A stretch of 64,000 bases of DNA from Eledone cirrhosa (GCA_964016885.1 OZ024740.1:258850001-258914000); one strand, 5' to 3'; shown: positions 38,862-52,563, numbered from the stretch's first letter. Notes: a model not told the origin generated them from the letters alone. Made by a program: numbers and translations.

Positions 38862-39370
38862 CATATACATATACATATATACCCATATACATCCATATAC
38901 ACATACATATATACCCACATACATACATATACATATACACATATACCCATATACATACATATACATATACATATATACCCATATACATACACATACATAT
39001 ACATATATACCCATATACATATATACCCATATACATACATATACACATATACATATATACCCATATACATACACACACATATACATATATACCCATATAC
39101 ATACACACATATATACATATATACCCATATACATACATACCCATATACATATATACCCACATACATACATATACATATACATACATACCCATATACATAC
39201 ATATACACATATATATATACCCATATACATATACATATACATATATACCCATATACATACATATATACATATATACATATATACCCACATACATACATAT
39301 ACACATACATACATATATACATACACACATACATACACATATACATACATATATATATATACATATATAT
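38580..39370. repeat. Degenerate (CATATA/TACA)n tract
   Basis: Directly visible. Confidence 0.9.
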
Positions 39371-39371
39371 A

Positions 39372-39988
39372 GTGGCTGCCAACTCGTTTTCGAGTACAGC
39401 CACTACTTTATATCCATGTAGGAGAACTCCTACCGATGCGCTGAACTAGTGTGACTTTTTAGTCCAGCCAGCAACTTGAACACTCTGGTACAAACACTAC
39501 ACTTGTGACAATTATTGACACATAGTGCTGGGCCCATGGTACCACGTGATGACAAGTGTAGAGAGATCAGGGATCTCCAGATATAAAGCAATGTCTGCGC
39601 CGTGAAGCTTTTATAGTGAGCAAAGGCACTGCACAAAGCCAGTCCCACTCTCTTAACCAAGATGATATTTACCAAAAAGAAGAACAAGTCAACATCATTG
39701 GATACCATCAGGGTTGCAGGTGTTATATCAGAGTTTTCCTTCTCCTAGAATTCTGCCTTGACAAAGGCTAAGGGGTCATCTCTCCCGGTGATTTTGGATG
39801 GCCATTGACTCTTAAGAGGTCCTTTGCCCTTTGACAGGTTTTGTTTTTAGTCCTGCAGGATGTCCAAAGTCACCCTCCTCACCAAGAAACCTTGGTGGGG
39901 TTGCCAGTTTAGTCGCCAACGACCCGACCATGAGACAGGTTGTACTGGGATACATGTTACCAGTAGCACCAACTGGTGACCTGACATT
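39372..39988 (-). mobile_element. (TGTA)n-tailed non-autonomous retroposon, copy 2 (longest)
   Basis: About 615 bp, no credible ORF, high similarity to copies 1 and 3. Confidence 0.7.
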
Positions 39989-40009
39989 ACATACATACAT
40001 ACATACATA

Positions 40010-40258
40010 CCTCATTTATAACTGCATGTATACATATACTGATACAAAACATATGCATATACACTCATATAACTCAAAACATCAACATCGACACATACAT
40101 ACAATAATATCCATACCTGCACACGCATGCATGCAGACATGCAGACATATCTACCTAGTTGATGTTGTTTATATTCCAACGAGAGAGTCTTATGTCTATG
40201 TTAGAAACCGACTCTCTCTATTGGTAAAAATTTATAAAATTATAAAACGAGAAGAACA
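40010..40258 (+). mobile_element. 3' UTR fragment of the RLE-type LINE seen at 19190-19660
   Basis: Homologous to 19425-19660, including the gagagagtc..gactctctc hairpin. (TACA)n on both sides. Confidence 0.7.
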
Positions 40259-40398
40259 TACATACATTCATGCATACATGCATACATGCATACACACATA
40301 CGTACATTCATGTATACATTCATGCATACATCTATACATATATGCATACATACATGCATACATACATACATACATACATACATACATACATACATACA

Positions 40399-40954
40399 TG
40401 GTGGCTGCCAACTCGTTTTCGAGTACGGCCACTACTTTATATCCATGTAGGAGAACCCCTACCGATGCGCTGAATAAGTGTGACTTTTTAGTCCAGCCAG
40501 CGACTTGAAAACTCTGGTACAAACACTACACTTGTGACAATTATTGACACATAGTGCTGGGCCCATGGTACCATGTGACGACAAGTGCAGAGAGATCTCC
40601 AGATATAAAGCAATGCCTGTGCTGTGAAGCTTTTATAGTGAGCAAAGGCACTGCACAAAGCCAGTCCCACTCTCTTAACCAAGATGATATTTACCAAAAA
40701 GAAGAACAAGTCAACATCATTGGAAACCATCAGGGTTGCAGGTGTTATATCAGAGTTTTCCTTCTCCTAGAATTCTGCCTTGACAAAGGCTAAGGGGTCA
40801 TCTCTCCTGGTGATTTTGGATGGCCATTGACTCTTAAGAGCTCCTTTGCCCTTTGACAGGTTTTGTTTTTAGTCCTGCAGGATGTCCAAAGTCACCCTCC
40901 TCACCGAGAAACCTTGGTGGGGTTGCCAGTTTAGTCGCCAACGACCCGACCATG
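40399..40954 (-). mobile_element. (TGTA)n-tailed non-autonomous retroposon, copy 3
   Basis: As copies 1 and 2. Confidence 0.7.
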
Positions 40955-42056
40955 GGACATACATACATACATACATACATACATACATACGTGAGTGTGC
41001 GTGTGTCTGTTTATATGAGTCTTCCCTTATATCAACTGTAAATCACTGCAAGAAAAATGGTTTACTTTGCTCTATTTAACTAAAAGCTATCACATTACCT
41101 ACAAAATGAAACCTGTCCTGAATCTGCCATGTTGTTGTGATGGTCTCTATCTTTGCATCTATCAGCGTGATTAAATAATTTCTATTAGTGTGTCTTATAA
41201 TCCGTCACATGGACAATAATCATAAGAAAAACATGGCGTCCATCAACAATAACAGCAACATTGACAATATTATCTCTTGCACAAACAGGGCATATAATCA
41301 GCAAATGACGGCATAGATACCATGTAAGATAGACGATTTGTTAATACAACAAACACATCTTCATTTTAAATAATTTTATTTTATCGTCCAAGATATTACC
41401 TCCCGAATTCTATCCTTAAATCAACATGGACTAATGTGGGTGGTTTTACGTAAGGTGTCAACCACTACAGCAGAAACATCAAGTAAAGGAATACTGGAAT
41501 ATATTCATGTCTATATCATAGAATGCCCTGCTGCACTGGTTAAATAGCTGCAGAATTCGCAACTCTAACATTTTTTAAACCTTTTGTAACTGTATGTCTA
41601 ATTAAATGCGCTCTATCTCAATTAATTAATGGAATAGGTTCAGGGTTTTACTGAAATACTTAATTATTTCAATACTGAAATAGCAACTTAATATATGGTT
41701 CTAATATGAAAATATGCTAAAGAATGTTTATTAAATAGCAACAATTTAAAATATGTGGCTTTGTTTCATATAACCAGAACCAGTTTGGGCCGAGTTGATA
41801 TTAACAGGGTTAACCGACCGATGGCTTCTCAAGATGCTTGATGGAATGGTCAACCTACTCAAAGCGGACAATTTTCACAAAGGGCTGCCATCAGAGCGGA
41901 GAGTTCCAAAATAGTCAAACCAACATTCAATGTATACAAAACAGTCAATCTTCAATATATTCAGAGTGGACGTCCCTTTATATATTGTGACCAGCCAGCC
42001 ATTAATATATTAAAGTAGATGCCTATTAACGTGTTCTGTTCATTTGCATATGGAGC

Positions 42057-42116
<60 letters not shown>

Positions 42117-42118
<2 letters not shown>

Positions 42119-42540
42119 TGGAACATGTGTGAGATCCTTGGTACAGTTAGGCATATTTTAAAAAAAGGAAAAGAATGACTTCACTTGTAGTTCTAAATAA
42201 TTTGATTTAATTTTGATTTGATTTTATATTATAATATTCAACTCATATTATTATAATATTATAAGGGCGGTGGATTGGCAGTATCGGTAGAGGGTCGGAC
42301 GCCATGCTTTGACGCATAGAGTTACGGCCCTTGCCATTCTGAGTTCAAATCTCGCCGAGGTTAACTTTGCCTTTCATCCTTACGGGGTCGATAAAATAAA
42401 GTACCAGTAATGTACTGGGATAATTTCTGGCCTTGTGCCAACAGTAGAAACAATTATTATAATATTATAAAATTAAATTAAAATTAATCAAATTATTTAG
42501 AAATACAAGTGAAGTCATTCTTTTCCTTGTTTCTAATATA
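42117..42540. mobile_element. Fold-back element (family of 60193-60460) with an S1 SINE (42265-42460, plus strand) inserted near its centre
   Basis: Arms about 42155-42235 and 42461-42540. attattataatattataa is duplicated at 42247-42264 and 42453-42470. Confidence 0.75.
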
Positions 42541-42555
42541 TATATATATATATAT

Positions 42556-42743
42556 AATTGTTTCTACTTTAGGCACAAGGCCAGCAATTATCCAGTGCAT
42601 TACTGGTACTTTATTTTATCGACACCGTAAGGATGAAAGGCAAAGTCAACCTCGGCGGGATTTGAACTCAGATCGTAAAGGGACGTAATTATGCTGGAAA
42701 GCATGGCGTCCGACCCTCTACCGATACTGCCAATCCACCGCCC
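42556..42743 (-). mobile_element. tRNA-derived SINE (family S1)
   Basis: Complete copy with A and B boxes. Confidence 0.9.
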
Positions 42744-43167
42744 TATTATATATATATATATATAATAGGAGTGTATAAGAAAGCATATACTATATGTTTA
42801 TACACAAACATAAAGAAACCTCGCTACCAAAGAAAGAATATTTCTTCGTTACGAAAACAATATTTTTCTTTCTTTTGTTCTGCGAACAAGTCAAAGATTG
42901 TCTGCAGCAGTCGAGAAAGCCAGTCGAGACTCATTATTCTCTCATCAATGCAATTCATTCAACCGGTGCTAACTTCGAAATTTACTAGATTTTGTGTGAT
43001 GAACATTTGATGCAAAATGTTCATTACATATGGCAAATAGAAACCATCGGCTGGAAATGCTCGTTTGCATATAGTGTGAATTTAGCTGGGTATAATTAAT
43101 TGGCAGTAACACTAAGATAGCGTTATGCGTAATAGAGGAGTATATGATAGTATATGTTTATATACAA

Positions 43168-43955
43168 CTAGCAGAATGGCCCGGCGTTGCTCGGGATTTG
43201 CTATAGGGTTCTTATATATTTGATATATATTTATCATTATCGAACCTCGTGAAATAAATACGTTTGTTTATATTTTGTTATTGTGTATGCAAAATTATCT
43301 GTCCATAAATATATAATTATATATATATATATATTAAAATAACAGACTAAAGTTTAAGCAAAGAATCACTGCTTTCACCCTTAACGGGATATTCTACCTA
43401 AAAGCAGTATGAAGTACATACACTAAGACTAATTGATGTAATCTTTGGCCTTGTTTGTTTATATTTTGTTTTTGTGTATGCAAAAATATCTGTACACGAA
43501 TATCTATATTAAAATAACATATTAATGTTTAAGCAAACAATCGCTGCTTTCAACCTTAACGGGATCTTCTTAAACTAAAAAAATCAATCTGGAAAACAGG
43601 AAGACGATACTTTGGTTCGTGAAGACGTTCCCTGGCATAAGAATATATATACACACACACACTGATCGCGTCATAATGACGTAATGCAGACAGTCAGGCA
43701 TACAGACAGATATTATGAAGGCGCGACGTCATATCTATGTATCTATCTAAAAAGAGAAAGACTAAGAGAAAGAGAAAGAGATCGCTAAATCGCCTAATGC
43801 GGTCCCTAGGGCATTGAAAGTTTGAAATTCTTTTTGCTCAAAACACTTCCGGGATCATACGAGTTACATGTATAAAGTTTGAAAAAAACCGGTTGGGTAC
43901 TTCTCGAGTTTTAGGGAAACAGACACACAGACATCCTCTGTTTTATATATATAGA
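43168..43955 (-). mobile_element. Non-autonomous Helitron (same 5' family as 30324-31205) containing PLE family A fragments
   Basis: Minus-strand 5' TCTATATATATAAAA at 43955. 3' hairpin cccgagcaacgccggg plus CTAG at 43168. Confidence 0.8.
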
Positions 43956-45142
43956 CTAGCAGAAAGCCACCCGTTGGGCGGTTTTCTGCTAGCAAATCTA
44001 GTGTATATACTGATATTGTTGAGATTTTGATGAGAAATGTTTTCGGCACCACCTGTTCACCGTCTCTCGGTGTGTCTTTTATGCATGTATATATGTTATC
44101 TATACGGTGAAATCTTTGAAATAAATATATGTTAAAACGAAAAAGGATAAAATAAATAACTGGCGGTTAGAAAAAAATATTCCTATGAAATTTTAATCAT
44201 ACCATTAGGTGTGAATAAGGAAATATTTTTTTTATTGTCAAAACAAATGTTCAAAAGTTAAACTTCAATTTTTTTAATTATTTCCAATTTTTTCATGAAA
44301 TTGAACACTGGACATTGGCTGCTGGAAATGGAAATTAAATCGTATTAATTGTATTTAAATTTCTAACCTTATTTTATTATTTATATTTTTTCATTTTAGG
44401 GCGGGGGATTGGCAGTATCGGTAGAGAGTCGGACACCATGCTTTGAAGCATAGAGTTACGTCCCTTTATGATCTGAGTTCAAACCCCGCCGAGGTTAACT
44501 TTGCCTTTCATCCTTACGGGGTCGATAAAATAAAGTACCAGTAATGCACTGGGTAATTGCTGGCCTTGTGCCAAAAGTAGAAACAATTATTTATATTTTT
44601 TCAATAAGATATAAAAAAATAAAAAATAAAAAATTGAAGATAAAAATTGAACAAATCAAACGTAGGTTATGGAACTGCGCAATCTGATTAATAAATTACC
44701 TCATCAGCAGCAACCTTCTTCAAATGGTCCTTATTATCAGCAGCAACAACCACAAATTCAATGGCAACCTTCTTCAAACCACAAAATCAATGGCAACCTA
44801 CTTCGTATGGTGTCAAGTCAGAACCGCCTCGAACAGGTTACTTCTGGCTTGTGCAAGGTGTCTCTATTGCAACCAGCGATTCCCTCGGCCTCAGTGACCG
44901 AAGTCAGTGGAGAGGGGAAGGTAATATTTCTATAGCGACAGTGTTTCTCTTGGTAGTACCAAAGTGGAGAAAGGAAGGGGAAGGTAATATTTCTGTAGCA
45001 CGTGTTTTAGCGTCTATTCACTCTCTCTCTCTCCCTCTCTCCCTCCCGCTATCCCCCTCTCGTGGTCTGTCTCTTTCTTTCACTCTCACGTGTTTCCACT
45101 GTCGGACAGACAGACAGAGAAATTGCTAGTTATATATATAAG
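43956..45142 (-). mobile_element. Second probable non-autonomous Helitron, abutting the first, containing an S1 SINE (44399-44590, plus strand)
   Basis: 3' hairpin plus CTAG at 43956. The putative 5' end is CTTATATATATAA followed by (TCTG)n and lacks the canonical TC. Confidence 0.55.
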
Positions 45143-45192
45143 TAAATAATCATATTGGTATCCTCTAGTCTAGATCTTAATACTACTGCTAA

Positions 45193-45307
<115 letters not shown>

Positions 45308-45430
45308 GGAGGTGAGTTTTATTGTAGTACAATAAAGCAATGCAGATATCGGATAAGAAGCACTCTACAGTTTGTAGGACTGGAGTATACATAATATAAG
45401 ATCAAAAGATGGTTAAAGGAGTTCCATGTA

Positions 45431-45497
45431 TTTTATTATGCGAATTTCAAAAACAAACATCATCATGCAATAATATTTGTGTTTTCATCAGATAAAA
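45431..45497 (-). ncRNA. Type-I hammerhead, family E
   Basis: ttttat CTGATGA aaac...ttttt GAAA ttcgca TA ataaaa. Confidence 0.72.
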
Positions 45498-47441
45498 CAG
45501 GAGAACATGATATGAAGCTAAAAAACACTTGTGGATAGTGCAGTTTTAAATCAACATATGAAAAGTGGTTTTAGATTGATGTGTGATATTGGGAAAAATA
45601 TTTTATTTAGAGAGGGGGGCTGGAAAGGATGAAAAAAGGGGGAGGAGATGAGAGTGAAGGTGGAGAGATGGGTGATAGAGAGAAAGAGATAGTTTTTATA
45701 ACTGAGAAAAAAAGATATATTGTTTTACATAGAGAGGTTGAGAACCGTTGGAAGATAATGTATAAATTAAAGGAATTTGAAAATTAACGAAGGGAATTTA
45801 TGTATGAAGATAGAGAGAAAAAATAATAATTGTGGATGAATATTCTAACGTCAAAAAAAGTGTATGTTGATAAGTATTGTGGCAATTTCAAAATTAACGA
45901 AGAGAAAAATTATTAAGGTTTGTGTGTAGAAGGATTTGAGAAAAATAATGTGAAGTTAAAGTTTGTATATTGAAGGAATTGATAATATATGCGAATAAAG
46001 AGTTAATATGTATTAAGAATGAGTTCGTTGAAGGGGAGAAAAAAAAATAATAATAATAAATTAAGGATGAATTTGAGATTAAAAAGATTTATGATAGAGA
46101 GAAAAAATAATAATGATTGCGGATGAATATTCTAACGTCAAAAAAACAAATGTATATGTTATGAAGGATTTTACAAGGTGAAGATAGAATGAGGGTAATG
46201 AGTAAACAAGTATTATAGAGTGTATAATGCCCTTTATAGTAAGGTAGGAAGATGGGTATATTTTAAAGAGGTGTATGTATATGTGCCTTTGAGAAAAGAT
46301 TCTAAATTGATAAAGAATTGAATATTAACTGTATACTTTGTGAAAAGTCTATGGAATTTATGCATAAATTCCATAGGACTTTTCACAAAGTATACAGTTA
46401 ATATTCAATTCTTTATCAATTTAGAATCTTTTCTCAAAGGCACATATACATACACCTCTTTAAAATATACCCATCTTCCTACCTTACTATAAAGGGCATT
46501 ATACACTCTATAGTACTTGTTTACTCATTACCCTCATTCTATCTTCACCTTGTAAAATCCTTCATAACATATACATTTGTTTTTTTGATGTTAGAATATT
46601 CATCCGCAATCATTATTATTTTTTCTCTCTATCATAAATCTTTTTAATCTCAATTTCATCCTTAATTGATTATTATTTTTTTTTTTTCTCCCCTTCAACG
46701 AACTCATTCTTAATACATATTAACTCTTTATTCGCATATATTATCAATTCCTTCAATATACAAACTTTAACTTCACATTATTTTTCTCAAATCCTTCTAC
46801 ACACAAACCTTAATAATTTTTCTCTTCGTTAATTTTGAAATTGCCACAATACTTATCAACATACACTTTTTTTGACGTTAGAATATTCATCCACAATTAT
46901 TATTTTTTCTCTCTATCTTCATACATAAATTCCCTTCGTTAATTTTCAAATTCCTTTAATTTATACATTATCTTCCAACGGTTCTCAACCTCTCTATGTA
47001 AAACAATATATCTTTTTTTCTCAGTTATAAAAACTATCTCTTTCTCTCTATCACCCATCTCTCCCTCTCCACCTTCACTCTCATCTCCTCCCCCTTTTTT
47101 CATCCTCCCCCCCCCCCCCTCCCTAAATAAAATATTTTTTCCTCGCACATATCCTCCCTTCGTTAATTTTCAAATTTTTTTTAATTTATACATTATCTTC
47201 CAACGGTTTTCAACCTCTCTATGTAAAACAATATATCTCCTCTCAGTTATAAAAACTATCTCTTTCTCTCTATCACCCATCTCTCCCTCTCATCTCCTCC
47301 CCTTTTTCATCCTTTCCACCCCCCTCTCTAAATAAAATATTTTTCCCAATATCACACATCAATCTAAAACCACTTTTCATATGTTGATTTAAAACTGCAC
47401 TATCCACAAGTGTTTTTTAGCCTTCATATCATGTTCTCCTG

Positions 47442-47508
47442 TTTTATCTGATGAAAACACAAATATTATTGCATGATGATGTTTGTTTTTGAAATGCGCA
47501 TAATAAAA
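47442..47508 (+). ncRNA. Type-I hammerhead, family E
   Basis: ttttat CTGATGA aaac...ttttt GAAA tgcgca TA ataaaa, with palindromic stem III. Confidence 0.8.
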
Positions 47509-47663
47509 TACATGGAACTCCTTTAACCATCTTTTGATCTTATATTATATATATATATATAGGGAATGTAACGTCCAGTTATTGTAAGTTCACCAGAGTG
47601 AGCACTCGATGCGTAGTTTCCAGTCGGTAAAGAGGTGTAGAACTAAGTAGAGTGGAATTATGA

Positions 47664-48710
47664 TAATTGTTTCTACTTTAGGCACAAGACCAGCAAATAC
47701 CCAGTGCATTACTGGTACTTTATTTTATCGACCCCGTAAGGATGAAAGGCAAAGGTAACCTCGGCGGGATTTGGACTCAGGCCGTAAAGTGACGTAACTC
47801 CATGCTGCAAAGCAATGCGTCCAACCTTCCACTGATACAGCCAATCCACCGCCTTGTAATTATAATAATAATACAAAGGACGATGTGTTATGTCTTCATT
47901 ACGTTTATTGGTACGTTTATTAATAAACGTAATGAAGACATAACAAATTGTCCTTTTTATTATCATTATTTACGGGGTCGATAAAATAAGGTACCAGTAA
48001 TGCACTGGGTAATTGCTGGCCTTGTGCCTAAAGTAGAAACAATTATTATTATTATAAATAAATAAATAAATAATAAAGAAATAAAGAAATCATTATTATT
48101 ATTATTGGCGGTGAATTGGCAGTATCGGTAGAGAGTCGGACACCATGCTTTGACGCATAGAGTTACGGCCCTTTCCATTCTGAGTTCAAACCCCGCCGAG
48201 GTCAACTTTGCCTTTCATCCTTACGGGGTCGATAAAATAAAGTACCAGTAATGTACTGGTTAATTGCTGGCCTTGTGTCTAAATTAGAAACAATTATTAT
48301 TATTATTGGCAGTATCGGTAGAGGGTCGGACGCCATGCTTTGCAGCATAGAGTTACCGGCCCTTTATGATCTGAGTTCAAATCCCGCCAAGGTTAACTTT
48401 GCCTTTCATCCTTATGGAGTCGATAAAATAAAGTACCAGTCACGCACTGGGGTCGATTTAATCGACTTTCACCTCCCCCCAAATTGCTGGCCTTGTGCCT
48501 ATGTAAGAAAGCATTATTATTTTTATTATTATTGGCAGTATCGGTAGAGGGTTGGATTATGCTTTCTAGCATAGTTACGTCCCTTTACGGTCTGAGTTCA
48601 AATCCCGCCGAGGTTGACTTTGCTTTTCATCCTTACGGGGTCGATAAAATAAAGTACCAGTAATGCACTGGGTAGTGTGCTGGCCTTGTGCCTAAAGTAG
48701 AAACAATTAT
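47664..48710. mobile_element. Cluster of S1 SINEs: 47664-47853 (-), 47970-48045 (+, partial), 48107-48300 (+), 48307-48518 (+), 48532-48710 (+)
   Basis: Repeated TGGCAGTATCGGTAGAG..GAGTTCAAA..GCCTTTCATCCTTACGGGGTCGATAAAATAAAGTACCAG. The core resembles the Nin domain. Confidence 0.9.
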
Positions 48711-48720
48711 TATATATATA

Positions 48721-48930
48721 CAGGGTGTATCATAAACGGTATATTTCAAAAGGCTATGTTTTTTAAACAAATGACCATATAATCATGCAGTAACTTGTAC
48801 AATACATGTCTGAATATAAAGTTTTATTATTTTTTCGTAACTTTTATAAATTTTTATAAAGTTAACATATTGTGCATATGTAAAAATTGGAAATAAAACC
48901 CGATGATTCCTTGCGATACGATACACCCAA
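48721..48930. mobile_element. Tc1/mariner-type MITE
   Basis: TA|CAGGGTGTATC ... GATACACCC(aa)|TA terminal inverted repeat. Confidence 0.55.
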
Positions 48931-49179
48931 TATATATATTATATATATAGAGAGAGATATAAATGAAAAGTATAGAAATATAAATGAAATATATATATAT
49001 ATGAGTGTGTGTGCGTGTATGTATATATAAATATGTATATTTGTGTGTAAGCGTGTGTAAGAGATGGTCTATACATATTTTCTCTATGTAGAAAGAGAAT
49101 AATAGAAGGGTTTTTCAGGTTTTCATACCTAAGATTAATAATAGTAGTTATACTTACAATCCTACACACATATGTATGT

Positions 49180-49928
49180 TTTGTTCTTCTCTTTATTTTC
49201 TTTCGCTCCACTATCGCCTCTTTTTTTTCTTTTCATTCCCTAATAACTTCCAGAAGTTATTAACGCACTGTGGATAGATGTATTGTCTTTAATGCGTCGA
49301 AACATCAGAGACCCACACCAGACAACTGAAGAGGGGAATTGTCTTATGTTTGTGTTTCCCTTATATTTCTAAACACTCTTTATTAGTAACCACAGAGCAC
49401 CTTGTCCCTTTTAATTCTTATTAATTTATTGCTGTGACCTCCGTTCTATTCTCTCTATCTCTCTTATTGTTGTTATCCCAGTCTTGGGCTGAAGTCCTAC
49501 AATTTGGATTAACTCTTTTCCTTCCTCCTTTCTCCCTCTTTCTTTCTCTCCCTTTTTCTCACTCTCTCACATTAACGTATTCTCCCTCTCTCTCTCTCTC
49601 TCCCACTCATTTATTCTCTTACTCTCCCACCATCTATTCCTTTTCTTACCCCTCTGTCTCTCTCTCTGCTCCCTTACTACTTCCATTTTTACACACATGT
49701 ACTACTGTCTAGTGTTTTCCCCTATCTATCGGTATGTTTTCTCTTTCTTTCTTCTGTTTATTTTCTTTCTCTCGCTATCGTCTCTTTTTTGTCGTTTCCT
49801 TCCTTAATAACTACTTGAAGTTATTAAGGCACTGCGGATAGAAGTATTGTCTTTAATGCATCGAAACATCCAAGACCCACAGTAGAAAACTGAAGAGGGG
49901 AATTGTCTTATGTTTGCGTTTCCCTTAC
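49180..49928 (+). repeat. Diverged direct repeat (49180-49362 and 49745-49928), pLTR-like partial tandem
   Basis: taataact..gaagttattaa.gcactg.ggataga.gtattgtctttaatgc.tcgaaacatc...aactgaagaggggaattgtcttatgtttg occurs twice. Confidence 0.7.
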
Positions 49929-50006
49929 AGCAACTTTTAATTCTTATAAGGAAGCTCTAACTGGTAAGGTTGCATTTTTTCAGGGTATGTCAATATTTAT
50001 TTATAA

Positions 50007-50382
<376 letters not shown>

Positions 50383-50534
50383 TCTGTATGAAGAACTCAA
50401 TATAATCCATATGTTGAAAATGTTGTAGGTTAAGATAAATCTCAGAAAACAATAAAACATTAAAAGGAAAACAGAGTCATGATATAAGTTAAAACAATGA
50501 AATAAAAAATCAAGTCATTAGAGATATACTTCAC

Positions 50535-50665
50535 TGCTTTACGATCGTTTCTAGATGGTGATAATACATTGTATCTATACTCAGTTATTGATCTATGTAA
50601 GTTTACAAACTATCAGATAGAGAGAATATTTACTTACATGCATATCACCAGCTGTTTTCAAAACA
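50535..50665 (-). ncRNA. Hammerhead-like motif, U3-A8 core, very long stem II (element about 50380-50693)
   Basis: tgtt TTGAAAA cagctggtgata...tatcaccatcta GAAA cgatcg TA aagca. Confidence 0.5.
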
Positions 50666-50693
50666 AGACAATTTATTTCATTGTTTTAACTTA

Positions 50694-50836
<143 letters not shown>

Positions 50837-50988
50837 GTAGGAGGTGAGTTTTATTGTAGTACAATAAAGCAATGCAGATATCGGATAAGAAGCACTCTAC
50901 AGTTTGTAGGACTACAGTATACATAATATATAAGATCAAAAGATGGTTAAATGAGTTCCATGGAACTCATTTAACCATCTTTTGATCT

Positions 50989-50992
<4 letters not shown>
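50837..50992. mobile_element. Family E mini fold-back (tail plus hairpin of about 32 bp, centre 50960|50961)
   Basis: Nearly identical to 45305-45428, then folds back. Confidence 0.8.
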
Positions 50993-51039
<47 letters not shown>

Positions 51040-51040
<1 letters not shown>

Positions 51041-51262
51041 GTGGAGGCACATGGCCTAGTGGTAAGAGTGTTGGACTTACGACCATAATGTCGTGGGTTC
51101 GATTACTGGGCTGCGTGTTGTGTTCTTGAGCAAAACACTTCATTTCACGTTGTTCCAGTATACTCAACTGAAAATGAGGACCAGCAATAGCTGGAGATTT
51201 AACCCTACGATGGACTGGCGTCCTGTCCAGGAGGGAGTCTTGTACTCTCAGTCGCTTCACGC
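51040..51262 (+). mobile_element. tRNA-derived SINE (family S2, Meta-domain-like)
   Basis: A-box TGGCCTAGTGG, B-box GGTTCGATT, core TTGTGTTCTTGAGCAAAACACT...CGATGGACTGGCGTCCTGTCCAGG. Confidence 0.75.
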
Positions 51263-51350
51263 CTTCTGGCTTAAGACAGACTTTAGACTTTTTAGATATA
51301 TATCACATAAGAAACGGAGAATCAGTGGTGCGACGAATTAGAATTTATTA

Positions 51351-51445
51351 GACATATTACAATCGTTTCTCTGGCGACCAGCTCGAGGCACGATCGATGC
51401 GATGATTGAACCTGACTCTGAAATCGCAAGTTCTTCAGATTCGTC
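51351..51445 (-). ncRNA. Type-I hammerhead with long stem II region, family F
   Basis: gacgaat CTGAAGA...GAAA cgattg TA atatgtc. Homologous to 61710-61921. Confidence 0.6.
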
Positions 51446-51578
51446 TCAATACCTCGAAGCAAAGTTTCCAAATGTATATATATATATATATAATCAGGGA
51501 GTGTAAACACAGAAAATATCCTAAAAAATATATAAGAAATATATAGATTCCAAAAAATTCACTGTACTTACTATATGT

Positions 51579-51659
51579 GCCCTTACCGCGGTTTCAGATC
51601 CCAAACAAATAGATAATACAAGCGGATTTCCAATGAGAAAGAGATCCTCGTCAGAAGGC
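51579..51659 (-). ncRNA. Type-I hammerhead, family G
   Basis: gcctt CTGACGA ggatc...gatct GAAA ccgcgg TA agggc. Confidence 0.82.
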
Positions 51660-52188
51660 TTTGCTCAGTCGGAGAATATAAAATTCCCGAGTTCAAATTA
51701 CAAACTGGCGCCATACAAAACTGCCTCAGAATGAAAATAAATGAATGATGAAACAATTTTGTCTAGTATCGTGTGCAAAGACAGAAAGCAGGGTGGACAG
51801 GTCAATCCCGTGCTGCTAAAAATAGCAGCCCTTCAAACGACCAAAGGTTTCTCTACAGTTGGGGAGGATAATATTACAGGTATATGTTCCTACATGTAAT
51901 TAATGCACATAGGGACATAAGTATAGTCCGACCGTATGCTAATGTGGTTCAATGGTAAGTTAATAAATTACCAAGCCAGAACATATAAAATCAGGGAGTG
52001 TAAACACAGAAAATATCCTAAAATATATATAAAAAATATATAGATTCCAAAAAATTCCCTGTACCCTTACCGCGGTTTCAGATCCCAAACAAATAGATAA
52101 TCCAAGCGGATTCTCATTCTGAGACAGTTTTGTATGGCGCCAGTTTGTAATTTGAACTCGGGAATTTTATATTCTCCGAGAGAGAAAA

Positions 52189-52269
52189 GCCTTCTGACGA
52201 GGATCTCTTTATCAATAGAAATCCGCTTGGATTATCTATTTGTTTGGGATCTGAAACTGCGGTAAGGGC
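52189..52269 (+). ncRNA. Type-I hammerhead, family G
   Basis: gcctt CTGACGA ggatc...gatct GAAA ctgcgg TA agggc. Confidence 0.8.
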
Positions 52270-52333
52270 AAATATAGTAAGTACAGTGATTTTTTTGGAA
52301 TCTATATATTTTTGGGAATCTATATTTTTTTGG

Positions 52334-52505
<172 letters not shown>

Positions 52506-52509
52506 AATG

Positions 52510-52563
<54 letters not shown>

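Noticed and set aside
39895-39988. HDV-like ribozyme at the 5' end of the (TGTA)n-tailed element
   Set aside because: Some parts are present (tgta-TCCCAG-taca, gtcg-ttgg-cgac, CTAA-actgg), but I could not assemble P1, P2 and P1.1 in the canonical order.
41575-41812. piggyBac-like MITE (ttaaacc...gggttaa)
   Set aside because: The terminal inverted repeats are too degenerate to support by eye.
44669-44935. Q/P-rich ORF as a Helitron-captured exon
   Set aside because: It is short, internally repetitive, has no recognisable domain and is frameshifted.
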